A stretch of DNA of 64,000 bases, taken from positions 14,243-78,242 of the forward strand of contig CAJXYI010000003.1 of the NCBI GenBank assembly GCA_913063435.1. The letters are read 5' to 3'. Source of the DNA: an uncultured Actinomycetales bacterium (GTDB lineage Bacteria > Actinomycetota > Actinomycetes > S36-B12). Each line of letters starts with the position of its first letter. Position 1 is the first letter of the stretch. Below the pieces are notes generated by a model, which did not search any database, had not been told where the DNA came from, and worked only from the letters and a program-made list of their open reading frames with translations. Below are positions 11,684 to 21,678 of the stretch, in pieces. A program made the translations under genes and the position numbers.

Positions 11684-11921
11684 AAAAGGGGGTGTCCGGA
11701 TAGCGGAATGGGGGATGCCGCAGGGGGCCGATGTGACCGCCGGGGTAGGGGTAGCCTAGAGTAGGGCGCTGGCCTGGGAATGGTTCCCACGGTCCCCGGG
11801 TGTAGCCCTCGGGGAGCGCGGAGAAACGTCTCAGCCGAATCGCAACGCAATGTCCGAAAAAATTTCGACTCGCCGAGTCGAGCGTGCGGTGCGAGCGACG
11901 AAGGACGTGACGAGACAGGTT

Positions 11922-12143
11922 ATGGCCAAGAAGGACGGTGCCATCGAGCTCGAAGGCACCATTGTGGAGTCCCTGCCCAATGCGATGTTCCGGGTGGAGC
12001 TCGACAACGGTCACAAGGTTCTGGCTCACATCAGCGGGAAGATGCGGATGCACTACATCCGGATCCTGCCCGATGATCGCGTCGTCGTCGAGCTCTCGCC
12101 GTACGACCTCACTCGGGGTCGCATCGTCTACCGGTACAAGTGA
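11922..12143 (+). CDS. infA: translation initiation factor IF-1
   Basis: ATG 11922 gives 73 aa, [31 protein letters not shown]... The track ORF from 11850 is an upstream extension. Confidence 0.95.
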   Translation: MAKKDGAIELEGTIVESLPNAMFRVELDNGHKVLAHISGKMRMHYIRILPDDRVVVELSPYDLTRGRIVYRYK

Positions 12144-12188
12144 CCGGCCGTTTCGACCCGTTTCAGTCAGTAAGAAGGAGTGGCCCCG

Positions 12189-12302
12189 GTGAAGGTCAAG
12201 CCCAGCGTCAAACCCATCTGCGATAAGTGCAAGAAGATTCGTCGCCATGGCCGCGTGATGGTGATTTGCGACAACCCCCGCCACAAGCAGCGACAGGGCT
12301 AG
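12189..12302 (+). CDS. rpmJ: 50S ribosomal protein L36 (zinc-ribbon form)
   Basis: GTG 12189 gives 37 aa, (M)[36 protein letters not shown], stop TAG 12300-12302. Too short for the ORF track; found by reading the infA-rpsM gap. Confidence 0.93.
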   Translation: MKVKPSVKPICDKCKKIRRHGRVMVICDNPRHKQRQG

Positions 12303-12354
12303 GGCTAGGGCCCTGGAGCAGTAAGTCGCGACAGGGCTAGTGAGCCCTGGAGCA
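12290..12354 (+). repeat. Imperfect direct repeat / two tandem hairpins spanning the rpmJ stop
   Basis: GCGACAGGGCTAG(GGCTAGG)GCCCTGGAGCAG at 12290-12321 is repeated as GCGACAGGGCTAGTGAGCCCTGGAGCAG at 12328-12354. Each contains a CAGGGC/GCCCTG stem. Confidence 0.75.
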
Positions 12355-12553
12355 GCCTCCGTCGAGGGAGACAACCTCAGGCGGTGGTGACCCATAGCGA
12401 TGCCCGACCCCCGGTGCGCCTCGTGCGGGCCATCGGGACGCCACCCCCGGACTACGAGGCCGGGGACCTCACCCGAGGTGTTGAGGACCGGTATCGCCCG
12501 CAGACCTCGTAGGACATCGACGCAGCGCTGCGTCAGGAAGAAGAGGAACACCG

Positions 12554-12931
12554 ATGGCACGTCTCGTTGGCGTCGACCTGCCCCGCGATAAGCGGATGGC
12601 TGTCGCGCTCACCTATATCTATGGCGTCGGGCGGACTCGCGCCGCTGATGCGCTCACCGCGACGGGCATCGACCCGAATATGCGCGCGGGAGATCTCAGC
12701 GATGATCAATTGGTCGCGCTGCGCGACTGGATCGAGGCGAATCTGCGCGTCGAGGGAGATCTGCGTCGCGAGGTTGCCGCCGATATCCGCCGCAAGGTCG
12801 AGATCGGCAGTTATCAGGGCATCCGGCACCGCCGCGGACTACCGGTGCGTGGTCAGCGCACTCACACGAATGCGCGTACCCGCAAGGGTCCGCGTAAGAC
12901 CGTGGCTGGCAAGAAGAAGGCCGGCAAGTAG
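12554..12931 (+). CDS. rpsM: 30S ribosomal protein S13
   Basis: 125 aa, [14 protein letters not shown]... Confidence 0.97.
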   Translation: MARLVGVDLPRDKRMAVALTYIYGVGRTRAADALTATGIDPNMRAGDLSDDQLVALRDWIEANLRVEGDLRREVAADIRRKVEIGSYQGIRHRRGLPVRGQRTHTNARTRKGPRKTVAGKKKAGK

Positions 12932-13015
12932 CTCGCCTGAACCGGTTGCGCATGAGTAGACCGCGCGAACCCCGAGACCATCCGCCACCCGCACGACGTT
13001 AGGAAAGCTGAGGAC

Positions 13016-13420
13016 ATGCCTCCCAAGTCAGGAAAGCCCGGCGCCAAGAAGGTGCGCCGCAAGGAGAAGAAGAACGTGGCGCATGGCCACGCTCATATCA
13101 AGAGCACGTTCAACAACACGATCGTGTCGATCACCGATCCCACCGGTGCCGTGATCGCCTGGGCCTCGTCGGGTCAGGTGGGTTTCAAGGGCAGCCGCAA
13201 GTCCACTCCGTTCGCCGCTCAACTCGCCGCCGAGGCTGCTGCGCGCCGCGCGATGGAGCATGGAATGCGCAAGGTGGATGTGTTCGTCAAGGGTCCCGGT
13301 TCCGGCCGTGAGACCGCCATCCGCTCTCTGCAGGCCACGGGCCTGGAGGTCGGATCGATTGCCGATGTCACTCCGGTTCCCTTCAACGGGTGCCGCCCAC
13401 CCAAGCGCCGCCGCGTCTGA
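13016..13420 (+). CDS. rpsK: 30S ribosomal protein S11
   Basis: 134 aa, ...[19 protein letters not shown]... Confidence 0.97.
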   Translation: MPPKSGKPGAKKVRRKEKKNVAHGHAHIKSTFNNTIVSITDPTGAVIAWASSGQVGFKGSRKSTPFAAQLAAEAAARRAMEHGMRKVDVFVKGPGSGRETAIRSLQATGLEVGSIADVTPVPFNGCRPPKRRRV

Positions 13421-13441
13421 GGAAGGAAAGGTCACACACCG

Positions 13442-14068
13442 ATGGCTAGATACACCGGACCGGACTGCAAGCGGTGCCGCCGAGAGAAGACCAAGCTGTA
13501 CTTGAAGGGTGCCAAGTGCGAATCGCCTAAGTGCCCGTTCGAGAAGCGTCCCTACCCGCCTGGCCAACATGGTCGCGGTCGGTCGAAGGACAGTGAGTAC
13601 CTGCTGCAGTTGCGTGAGAAGCAGAAGGCCGTCCGAATCTATGGCGTGCTCGAGAAGCAGTTCCGTGGCTACTACGAGGAAGCCAACCGCAAGCAGGGCA
13701 AGACGGGCGAGAACCTGTTGCGCATCCTGGAGAGCCGGTTGGACAACGTCGTCTACCGTGCTGGTTTCGCCAAGTCGCGGGATATGGCTCGTCAATTGGT
13801 GCGCCACGGTCACTTCACGGTGAATGGCCACAAGGTGGACATCCCGTCCTATCGCGTGCAGCCCCAGGACATCATCGAGGTGCGCCCTGGTGCCCGAGAG
13901 ATGACACCGTTCGTCGTTGCGTACGCCGAGATCGGCGAGAAGGACGTGCCGGCATGGCTGGAGGTCGTGCCTTCAAAGATGCGCATCCTGGTCCACTCGC
14001 TGCCCGCCCGTCAGGTGATCGACACTCCCGTCCAGGAGCAGTTGATCGTCGAGCTGTACTCCAAGTAG
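13442..14068 (+). CDS. rpsD: 30S ribosomal protein S4
   Basis: 208 aa, [23 protein letters not shown]... Confidence 0.97.
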   Translation: MARYTGPDCKRCRREKTKLYLKGAKCESPKCPFEKRPYPPGQHGRGRSKDSEYLLQLREKQKAVRIYGVLEKQFRGYYEEANRKQGKTGENLLRILESRLDNVVYRAGFAKSRDMARQLVRHGHFTVNGHKVDIPSYRVQPQDIIEVRPGAREMTPFVVAYAEIGEKDVPAWLEVVPSKMRILVHSLPARQVIDTPVQEQLIVELYSK

Positions 14069-14144
14069 TCACACCGGTGCCCGGCGACGGGTACCCCCAC
14101 AACGCGACGTCAAATAGCGGTCGTCGCCGAAAGGACGATACGAA

Positions 14145-15164
14145 GTGCTGATCTCACAGCGGCCCACGCTCACCGAAGAGTCCGTTCACGACTACCGTTC
14201 CCGGTTCATTCTCGAGCCCCTCGAGCCTGGTTTCGGCTACACCATGGGCAACTCGTTGCGCCGTACCCTGCTTTCGTCGATCCCAGGCGCAGCGGTCACC
14301 AGCATCCGCATCGATGGAGTGCTGCACGAGTTCACCACCATTCCGGGTGTCAAGGAAGACGTCACCGAGTTGATTTTGAACATCAAGCAGCTCGTGGTGT
14401 CCTCCGAGCACGACGAGCCCGTCGTGATGTACCTGCGCAAGCAGGGCCCCGGCGCGGTCGTTGCTGCTGACATCGCACCGCCCGCCGGCGTCGAGGTGCA
14501 CAATCCCGATCTGCACCTGGCAACGCTCAATGGCAAGGGCAAATTGGAACTGGAATTGGTCGTCGAGCGTGGCCGCGGTTACGTTTCGGCCTCGCTGAAC
14601 AAGCAGCCCGGCCAGGAGATCGGCCGGATCCCGGTCGATTCTATTTATTCACCGGTCTTGAAGGTGACCTACAAGGTCGAGGCAACCCGAGTCGAGCAGC
14701 GCACGGACTTCGACCGCCTGGTCATCGATGTCGAGACGAAGCCGTCCATCCGTCCGCGCGATGCGATGGCATCGGCCGGTAAAACGCTCGTCGAGTTGTT
14801 CGGTCTAGCTCACGAGCTGAACATCGATGCCGAGGGCATCGACATCGGCCCGTCACCGGCGGATGCGTTCGCCGCCGAGCAGTTGTCGACCCCTATCGAA
14901 CAACTCGATCTCACGGTCCGTTCGTACAACTGCTTGAAGCGCGAAGGCATTCACACCGTCGGTGAGTTGATCTCGCGCAGCGAGGCCGACCTGCTGGACA
15001 TCCGCAACTTCGGCTCGAAGTCCATCGACGAGGTCAAGATCAAGCTCGACACCCTGGGCTTGGCGCTCAAGGACAGTCCGCCTGGATTCGATCCTGGCGC
15101 TGCGGTGTACTTCGCTGACGATGATGATGACAACCTCGGTTTCGCCGAGGATGAGCAGCTGTAA
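14145..15164 (+). CDS. rpoA: DNA-directed RNA polymerase subunit alpha
   Basis: 339 aa, GTG start, (M)[11 protein letters not shown]...[14 protein letters not shown]... Confidence 0.97.
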   Translation: MLISQRPTLTEESVHDYRSRFILEPLEPGFGYTMGNSLRRTLLSSIPGAAVTSIRIDGVLHEFTTIPGVKEDVTELILNIKQLVVSSEHDEPVVMYLRKQGPGAVVAADIAPPAGVEVHNPDLHLATLNGKGKLELELVVERGRGYVSASLNKQPGQEIGRIPVDSIYSPVLKVTYKVEATRVEQRTDFDRLVIDVETKPSIRPRDAMASAGKTLVELFGLAHELNIDAEGIDIGPSPADAFAAEQLSTPIEQLDLTVRSYNCLKREGIHTVGELISRSEADLLDIRNFGSKSIDEVKIKLDTLGLALKDSPPGFDPGAAVYFADDDDDNLGFAEDEQL

Positions 15165-15224
15165 AGAACCGCCACCCACACCCGCGACAGCAACCCACTC
15201 GCAAGATCCCGAGGAGCTACTGAC

Positions 15225-15842
15225 ATGCCCACCCCTACGAAGGGACGCCGCCTGGGTGGCGGACCTGCCCACGAACGTCTGATGCTCGCGAACCTCGCTA
15301 CCGCGTTGTTCGAGCTTGGTCGCATCACCACTACCGAGGCGAAGGCAAAGCGGCTTCGGCCCCTGGCTGAGCGGATGATCACCTTCGCCAAGCGCGGGGA
15401 TCTGTCCGCACGCCGCCGTGTGCTGTCGGTCGTAAGGGACAAGTCGGTGGTGCATGTGCTGTTCACCGAGATCGGCCCGAGTTATGCCGGCCGACCCGGT
15501 GGCTACACCCGCATCACCAAGATCGGTCCGCGCAAGGGTGACAACGCACCGATGGCCGTTATCGAGCTCGTGGAGCCGATGGCCGAGGCCGTAGTCGCCG
15601 AGGCCACGGGCGCGACCAAGCGGGCAGCCAAGGAGAAGGCAGCAGCGACGGAGACTGCGGCAACTGCGGCGGTGGAGGAGTCCACAGAGGACGTTGCGGA
15701 GGATGTGGCCGAGGACGTCGTCGAGCAGGACGTTGCTGAGGTTGCCGAGGCCGAGGAGTCCGTTGAGGAGGGCGCCGAGGAGGCTGCTGCCGAGGACGAT
15801 TCCGCGGAAGCCACTGATGACAGTGCGGGCGAGGCGAAGTAG
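15225..15842 (+). CDS. rplQ: 50S ribosomal protein L17 with long acidic C-terminal tail
   Basis: 205 aa, [24 protein letters not shown]...; last ~75 aa are E/D/A-rich. Confidence 0.95.
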   Translation: MPTPTKGRRLGGGPAHERLMLANLATALFELGRITTTEAKAKRLRPLAERMITFAKRGDLSARRRVLSVVRDKSVVHVLFTEIGPSYAGRPGGYTRITKIGPRKGDNAPMAVIELVEPMAEAVVAEATGATKRAAKEKAAATETAATAAVEESTEDVAEDVAEDVVEQDVAEVAEAEESVEEGAEEAAAEDDSAEATDDSAGEAK

Positions 15843-15887
15843 TCGACGGCGAGTAGCCGACGATACGAAGTAGTCACTGCACCAACG

Positions 15888-15933
15888 CGAAGGCGGGTGG
15901 TCGAGTCATGAATGATTCGACCACCCGCCTTCG
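15888..15933 (+). terminator. 17-bp perfect hairpin after rplQ that encloses the truA start codon
   Basis: CGAAGGCGGGTGGTCGA (15888-15904), 12-nt loop containing ATG 15908, then TCGACCACCCGCCTTCG (15917-15933), followed by TTTGG. Confidence 0.6.
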
Positions 15934-16726
15934 TTTGGACATCTCCTATGACGGCTCGGAATTCTCCGGCTGGGCGATCCAACGTGACCAGCGCACGGTT
16001 CAAGGTGAACTCCAACGTGTCCTGACCCACCTTGCCGGTCACGACATCGAGTTGACTTGTGCGGGCCGGACTGACTCCGGGGTACACGCCCGTGGCCAGG
16101 TGGCGCATCTGGACTCCGGAAACACCGGGCAACTCACCCCGGATCGAATCAATCGCGCCCTCCCCGACGACATCCGGGTTCGAGCGGTCAGCGAGGTCAC
16201 ATCGGATTTCGACGCCCGGTTCTCGGCGTTGTGGCGCAGATACAGCTATACCGTTTCCGATGACCCGCGAGGTCCCGATCCCCTACGACGTCGATACCAA
16301 CTCGCTGCCGGCGCATCGCTGGATATCGATGCGATGAATCACGCCGCTACGGCACTGGTCGGTGAACATGACTTCACGAGTTACTGCAAGCGCAAAGAGC
16401 ACGCCAGTTCGGTGCGAGAGATCCTCTCCCTGCGCTGGGATCGCGAGGTTGACCTCGCAACCGGATTTTCCACGGCCGTCATGCACGTGACGGCTGATGC
16501 CTTCTGCCATTCCATGGTTCGTAGCCTCGCCGGTGCGCTCATTCCGGTGGGCCAGCACCGCGTGTCTATCGACTACCCCAGGCAGGCGCTGGACCTCAGG
16601 GCGCGAGACGCCGGGGTGACCGTGATGCCGCCGTATCCCCTGGTTCTCGAGGAGGTGGGCTACCCGCCGGAGAGCGAATGGGCGCAGCGGCAGCGCCGTA
16701 CGCGGAGTCTGCGTGTCACCGGGTGA
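15908..16726 (+). CDS. truA: tRNA pseudouridine(38-40) synthase
   Basis: 272 aa, ...RLRLDISYDGSEFSGWAIQ...LTCAGRTDSGVHARGQVAH... Confidence 0.94.
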   Translation: MNDSTTRLRLDISYDGSEFSGWAIQRDQRTVQGELQRVLTHLAGHDIELTCAGRTDSGVHARGQVAHLDSGNTGQLTPDRINRALPDDIRVRAVSEVTSDFDARFSALWRRYSYTVSDDPRGPDPLRRRYQLAAGASLDIDAMNHAATALVGEHDFTSYCKRKEHASSVREILSLRWDREVDLATGFSTAVMHVTADAFCHSMVRSLAGALIPVGQHRVSIDYPRQALDLRARDAGVTVMPPYPLVLEEVGYPPESEWAQRQRRTRSLRVTG

Positions 16727-16781
16727 TCCGGAAAGGGGGATCCGGAAAGGGTGATCTGGAATGGGGGATCCGGAAAAGGGG
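16721..16781 (+). repeat. Four tandem 14-bp units GGGKGATCYGGAAW
   Basis: GGGTGATCCGGAAA GGGGGATCCGGAAA GGGTGATCTGGAAT GGGGGATCCGGAAAA GGGG. The truA TGA (16724-16726) lies in unit 1. Confidence 0.85.
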
Positions 16782-16836
16782 AGCGAGTCCCCAGATTGGT
16801 CTCGCGTCGGCTCTCCGTGAGGTTCCAGGCCCCGCT

Positions 16837-16866
16837 TTGACCCATTGTGGCGCAGCGCAGTACTCT
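16837..16866 (+). promoter_or_regulatory. Candidate housekeeping-sigma promoter for rplM-rpsI
   Basis: TTGACC (16837-16842), 18-nt spacer, TACTCT (16861-16866), about 80 nt upstream of the rplM GTG. Pattern match only. Confidence 0.3.
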
Positions 16867-16946
16867 TGGGGGTCGTTGTGCCCGTTGATGGGCGCTCCTC
16901 CCGTGGACACCTCCGCGGGATCTCTGCGGGAAGTGAAGGACTAGCG

Positions 16947-17390
16947 GTGCGTACGTATTCTCCGAAGCCCGGCGAAGTCACTCGCCAGTGGCACGTCATC
17001 GACGCCACCGACGTCGTCCTCGGTCGTCTCGCCTCTCATGTCGCCACCCTGCTGCGCGGTAAGCACAAGCCGACCTACGCACCGCATATCGACACCGGCG
17101 ATTTCGTCGTTGTCATCAACGCCGACAAGGTGGTGCTCACCGGCTCGAAGTTGCAGCAGAAGATGGATCACCGCCACACGGGTTATCCGGGTGGTTTGCG
17201 CAGCACCCTCTATGAGCGTCTCCTCGAGGAGAACCCGCGCCGTGTGGTCGAAAAAGCCGTCAAGGGGATGCTGCCGCACAACCGCATCGGTCGCCAGCAG
17301 CTATCCAAGTTGAAGGTCTACGCCGGTCCGCAGCATCCGCACACCGCCCAGAAGCCCCAGCCGTTCACCATCTCGCAGGTCGCCCAGTAA
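16947..17390 (+). CDS. rplM: 50S ribosomal protein L13
   Basis: GTG 16947 gives 147 aa, (M)[28 protein letters not shown]... The track ORF from 16845 is an upstream extension. Confidence 0.95.
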   Translation: MRTYSPKPGEVTRQWHVIDATDVVLGRLASHVATLLRGKHKPTYAPHIDTGDFVVVINADKVVLTGSKLQQKMDHRHTGYPGGLRSTLYERLLEENPRRVVEKAVKGMLPHNRIGRQQLSKLKVYAGPQHPHTAQKPQPFTISQVAQ

Positions 17391-17425
17391 CCCCGCGGGG
17401 TTGCTGACGCGCGAAAGGATCATCC

Positions 17426-17926
17426 GTGACCACCGAGCCCGACATCGACGTCGACGTCGACACCGAAGACGAGGCCCCCTCCTCGTACACCTCCGAGACC
17501 CCCGGTATGGCGGCGCGCTCAGATCGCCCCGTGGTTACCGCTCCCGGTTCTGCGACCGGGCGGCGCAAGGAGGCCATCGCGCGAGTGCGGCTCATCCCAG
17601 GAACGGGTCGCTGGACGATCAATGGTCGTGATCTCGCTGAATACTTCCCGAACAAGGTGCACCAGCAGTTGGTGAATGAGCCGTTCGTGACCCTCAGCCA
17701 GACCGGGCGCTACGACGTCATCGCGCGCATTCAAGGAGGTGGGGTCTCCGGACAGGCTGGTGCGTTGCGTCTGGGAGTCGCCCGCGCCCTCAACGAGATC
17801 GACGTCGAAGGCAACCGCAGCGACTTGAAGCGGGCGGGATTCCTCACCCGGGATTCGCGGGCGAAGGAGCGCAAGAAGTATGGCCTGAAGAAGGCTCGCA
17901 AGGCTCCGCAGTACAGCAAGCGCTAA
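17426..17926 (+). CDS. rpsI: 30S ribosomal protein S9 (acidic N-terminal extension)
   Basis: 166 aa, ...[17 protein letters not shown]...[12 protein letters not shown]. Confidence 0.95.
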   Translation: MTTEPDIDVDVDTEDEAPSSYTSETPGMAARSDRPVVTAPGSATGRRKEAIARVRLIPGTGRWTINGRDLAEYFPNKVHQQLVNEPFVTLSQTGRYDVIARIQGGGVSGQAGALRLGVARALNEIDVEGNRSDLKRAGFLTRDSRAKERKKYGLKKARKAPQYSKR

Positions 17927-17935
17927 AGGCGCGGC

Positions 17936-19288
17936 GTGGGCCGGCTGTTCGGCACCGACGGGGTGCGGGGGCTCGCCAACGGCGCGATCGATGCATCGTT
18001 GGCGCTGCGGTTGGCCGAGGGCGCCGCGCGCGTTCTGGGAGAGCAGTCCGGTGCCAACCCCAGCGGGCGTCCCTTAGCGGTCGTCGGGCGCGATCCGCGA
18101 GCCAGCGGGGAGTTCCTGGAATCCGCCGTGGTCGCGGGTCTCGCCGGAGCTGGAATGGATGTCCTACTCGCGGGTGTGATCCCCACTCCGGGGCTGGCGT
18201 ACCTGACAGCAGCGGAATCCGCCGATCTCGGTGTGATGATCTCCGCATCGCACAATCCCATGCCTGATAACGGCATCAAGTTCTTCTCTGCGGGCGGACA
18301 CAAGTTGCCCGACCATGTCGAGGATGCGATCGAAACGACGATCGACACGCCCTGGGCACGGCCCACCGGTGCAGGAGTGGGACGGGTGCGCACTCTCGAT
18401 GATGCGACGGCCCGATACGTCCAGCACCTCGTCGATTCGATCGGTCAGTCGCTGTCCGGATTGACCGTCGTCGTCGATTGCGCGAATGGTGCGGCATCCC
18501 AGGTGGCACCCGATGCCCTTCGTCGAGCAGGCGCCGAAGTGACCGCCATCCATGCGAACCCCGATGGGCTCAATATCAACGAAGGGTGCGGTAGTACCCA
18601 CCTCGACGATGTCATCGCTGCGGTGACCGAGCGTGGTGCCGACATCGGTATCGCGCATGATGGCGATGCTGACCGCTGCCTTGCTATCGACGCGAACGGC
18701 CAGGTCGTCGATGGTGATCAGATCATGGCCATCCTCGCACTCGCGATGCGAGACAGCGGTGAGCTAGCCCAGAACACCGTGGTGGCTACGGTGATGTCGA
18801 ATCTCGGCTTCGCTCTGGCCATGGAAGACGCCGGGATCGAGGTTGTGCGGACATCGGTGGGTGATCGCTATGTGCTGGAGGAGATGCTCGCGCATGGATA
18901 CACCCTCGGCGGCGAGCAGAGCGGACACGTGGTGCTGTCTCAGTGGGCGACCACGGGCGATGGTGTGCTCACCGCGTTGATGGTGCTGGCACGCATGGCG
19001 GACACCGGTCGAAGTTTGGCCGATCTCGCCTCGGTGGTAACGCGGCTTCCGCAGGTGCTGGTGAATGTTCCCGGGGTGGATCGCGCTGGGTTGGGGGATG
19101 CGGAGGTGATGCGTGTGGTCGCCGATGTCGAAGCGCGTCTCGGTGACACCGGTCGGGTGCTCCTCCGATCTTCGGGAACCGAGCCGCTCGTGCGGGTGAT
19201 GGTGGAGGCGCCCACGCTGGATGAGGCAGGTTCTGCTGCTGAGGACATTGCGGCGATCGTGCGCGACCGACTGGGCCTGCCCTCCTGA
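17936..19288 (+). CDS. glmM: phosphoglucosamine mutase
   Basis: 450 aa, GTDGVRG..., active-site [16 protein letters not shown]. Confidence 0.96.
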   Translation: MGRLFGTDGVRGLANGAIDASLALRLAEGAARVLGEQSGANPSGRPLAVVGRDPRASGEFLESAVVAGLAGAGMDVLLAGVIPTPGLAYLTAAESADLGVMISASHNPMPDNGIKFFSAGGHKLPDHVEDAIETTIDTPWARPTGAGVGRVRTLDDATARYVQHLVDSIGQSLSGLTVVVDCANGAASQVAPDALRRAGAEVTAIHANPDGLNINEGCGSTHLDDVIAAVTERGADIGIAHDGDADRCLAIDANGQVVDGDQIMAILALAMRDSGELAQNTVVATVMSNLGFALAMEDAGIEVVRTSVGDRYVLEEMLAHGYTLGGEQSGHVVLSQWATTGDGVLTALMVLARMADTGRSLADLASVVTRLPQVLVNVPGVDRAGLGDAEVMRVVADVEARLGDTGRVLLRSSGTEPLVRVMVEAPTLDEAGSAAEDIAAIVRDRLGLPS

Positions 19289-19397
19289 TCTGCTCGTTCG
19301 AGCGACGCTCGTTCAGCCCCCTGCCACTCAGTCGCCTGCCCCCCCAACCGCCTGTCGCTCGACCAGCCCACACCGGACCCGGCGTACGCTGACGTTC

Positions 19398-21248
19398 ATG
19401 TGCGGCATCGTGGGATACGTCGGGGAGAAGCAGGCCCTGGAGGTCGTCGTCGAGGGGCTGCGCCGCTTGGAATATCGCGGTTATGACTCCGCCGGGGTTG
19501 CGGTGGTCTCCGATGGCCGACTGCACACCCGCAAGAAGGCGGGCAAGCTGGCCAATCTGGAAAGTCTCCTGGGCGAGGATCCGCTCGAGGCGGCCACGCT
19601 GGGAATCGGCCACACCCGCTGGGCGACCCATGGCGGTCCCACTGATGCCAATGCCCACCCGCATGTCAGCGATGACGGTCGGGTTGCGGTTATTCACAAC
19701 GGGATCATCGAGAATTTCGCCGAACTCAGGGATGAGTTGAGCGCGGCGGGCGTGGTGTTGAACTCCGAGACCGACACCGAGGTCGTCGCACATCTGCTGG
19801 CCGCCGAACTACCCGAGTCGGGTGGAGACCTGGCCGAGGCGATGCGGCGGACATGTCGGCGCCTCGATGGTGCCTTCACCCTGGTTGCAGTGGTCGCTGA
19901 CGATGTCGATGTCGTCGTGGCCGCGCGGCGCAACTCACCACTGGTGGTCGGCTTGGGTCAGGGTGAGAACTTTCTCGCCTCTGATGTGGCGGCATTCGTC
20001 TCCCACACGCGTGAAGCGCTCGAACTGGGTCAGGATCAGGTGGTGACGATGTCACGAGACGCTGTCATCGTCACCGATTTCGACGGTGAACTCGTCGATG
20101 CCACGCCATTCACGATCACCTGGGATGCCGCCGCCGCGGAGAAGGGTGGCTATGACCTGTTCATGTTGAAGGAAATCGCCGAACAGCCCAAGGCCGTCGC
20201 GGATTCCCTGCGCGGCCGGGTCGATCGCGATGGTCGTTTGCATCTGGACGAGATGAGATTGACCGATGCTGAGCTACGCGAGATCGACAAGGTACTGATC
20301 GTCGCCTGTGGCACGGCCTATCACGCCGGCTTGGTGGCGAAATACGCCATCGAGCATTGGACGCGAATTCCCGTCGATGTCGAACTAGCAAGCGAGTTCC
20401 GATATCGCGATCCGATCGTCGATTCCCGCATGCTCACCATCGCGATCTCCCAGTCGGGAGAGACGATGGATACGTTGATGGCGCTGCGCTACGCACGCGA
20501 ACAGGGCTCCAAGGCGCTTGCGATATGCAATACCGTCGGATCCACGATTCCGCGCGAATCCGATGGTGTGCTGTACACCTATGCGGGACCGGAGATCGCC
20601 GTCGCCTCCACAAAGGCATTCCTCACCCAGATCATCGCCGCCTACCTGGTCGGTCTGTACCTCGCTCAGGTCCGCGGAAATATGTTCGGGGACGAGATCG
20701 AAACCGTTCTCCGCGATCTTTCCGATACACCGCAAGCGGTCGACCTCGTTCTCGATACCTCCGAAGGTGTTCAGGAGCTGGCGCGGGAGTTGGCCGATGC
20801 TCGGTCCGTGCTGTTCATCGGCCGCCACGTCGGTTTCCCTGTCGCTCTCGAGGGTGCTCTGAAACTCAAGGAACTCGCCTATATGCATGCGGAGGGATTC
20901 GCAGCCGGTGAACTCAAGCACGGACCCATCGCGCTGATCGAACCGGGTGTCCCCGTGGTGTGCATCGTTCCGTCACCTCGGGGCCGGGCCGTGCTGCATG
21001 ACAAGGTCGTCAGCAATATTCAGGAAGTTCGTGCTCGCGGTGCTCGCACCATCATCATCGCCGAAGAGGGAGATGAATCCGTGGTGCCTTTCGCCGATCA
21101 CATCATTCGTGTCCCGGCAGTTCCGACGCTGATGCAGCCATTGGTTTCGACCGTCCCGCTGCAGGTCTTCGCATGCGCCATGGCAACGGTCAAAGGCCAT
21201 GACGTCGATCAGCCGCGCAACCTGGCCAAGTCGGTCACCGTCGAGTGA
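19398..21248 (+). CDS. glmS: glutamine--fructose-6-phosphate aminotransferase
   Basis: ATG 19398 gives 616 aa starting MCGIVGYVG (N-terminal nucleophile Cys) and ending ...[11 protein letters not shown]. The track ORF start 19221 is an upstream extension. Confidence 0.96.
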   Translation: MCGIVGYVGEKQALEVVVEGLRRLEYRGYDSAGVAVVSDGRLHTRKKAGKLANLESLLGEDPLEAATLGIGHTRWATHGGPTDANAHPHVSDDGRVAVIHNGIIENFAELRDELSAAGVVLNSETDTEVVAHLLAAELPESGGDLAEAMRRTCRRLDGAFTLVAVVADDVDVVVAARRNSPLVVGLGQGENFLASDVAAFVSHTREALELGQDQVVTMSRDAVIVTDFDGELVDATPFTITWDAAAAEKGGYDLFMLKEIAEQPKAVADSLRGRVDRDGRLHLDEMRLTDAELREIDKVLIVACGTAYHAGLVAKYAIEHWTRIPVDVELASEFRYRDPIVDSRMLTIAISQSGETMDTLMALRYAREQGSKALAICNTVGSTIPRESDGVLYTYAGPEIAVASTKAFLTQIIAAYLVGLYLAQVRGNMFGDEIETVLRDLSDTPQAVDLVLDTSEGVQELARELADARSVLFIGRHVGFPVALEGALKLKELAYMHAEGFAAGELKHGPIALIEPGVPVVCIVPSPRGRAVLHDKVVSNIQEVRARGARTIIIAEEGDESVVPFADHIIRVPAVPTLMQPLVSTVPLQVFACAMATVKGHDVDQPRNLAKSVTVE

Positions 21249-21264
21249 GATAAGTCCCGCCCTC

Positions 21265-21678
21265 GTGATCATCGCCATCGGCATCGACACGGTGCACGTC
21301 CCGCGGTTCGCCGCGATGCTCGACCGCCGACCTCGGTCGATCGAGCGGCTGTTCACGACAGCGGAATCCCACCGGGAATCCGGGGAACTGCGCTCCGCAA
21401 GTTCACTGGCCGCCCGGTTCGCTGCCAAGGAGGCGGTCGCCAAGGCACTCGGCGCACCGGCGGGGTTGGCGTGGCATGACTGCCAGATCCTCGCCGAAGA
21501 AAATGGACGCCCGACGATCCATGTGCGGGGAACGGTTTCGGCGGCTGCTGCAGGCATCGGGATCGAACGCTGGCATCTTTCACTGACCCACGACGGTGAC
21601 TATGCGGCTGCCCAGATCGTGGCCGAGGGACCTGATCGATCTGCGGATCAGGCGATGGGCGAGGATCGAATGCCATGA
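21265..21678 (+). CDS. acpS: holo-[acyl-carrier-protein] synthase
   Basis: GTG 21265 gives 137 aa, (M)[14 protein letters not shown]...[11 protein letters not shown]... Confidence 0.88.
   Translation: MIIAIGIDTVHVPRFAAMLDRRPRSIERLFTTAESHRESGELRSASSLAARFAAKEAVAKALGAPAGLAWHDCQILAEENGRPTIHVRGTVSAAAAGIGIERWHLSLTHDGDYAAAQIVAEGPDRSADQAMGEDRMP

Noticed and set aside
11705-11765. Tiny ORFs starting at the ATG inside GGA-ATG-GGG-GAT: MGDAAGG... here, MGDPEKG... at 16761, MGVIPRW... at 55033.
   Set aside because: The peptides share only the first 2-3 residues dictated by the motif and then diverge with different lengths. No spaced Shine-Dalgarno is present. The conserved unit is the DNA/RNA motif, not a peptide.
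19289-19397. Possible glmS ribozyme upstream of glmS.
   Set aside because: The spacer is only ~109 nt, shorter than the ~170-nt ribozyme. I see none of its conserved core, and the ribozyme is mainly a Firmicutes feature.
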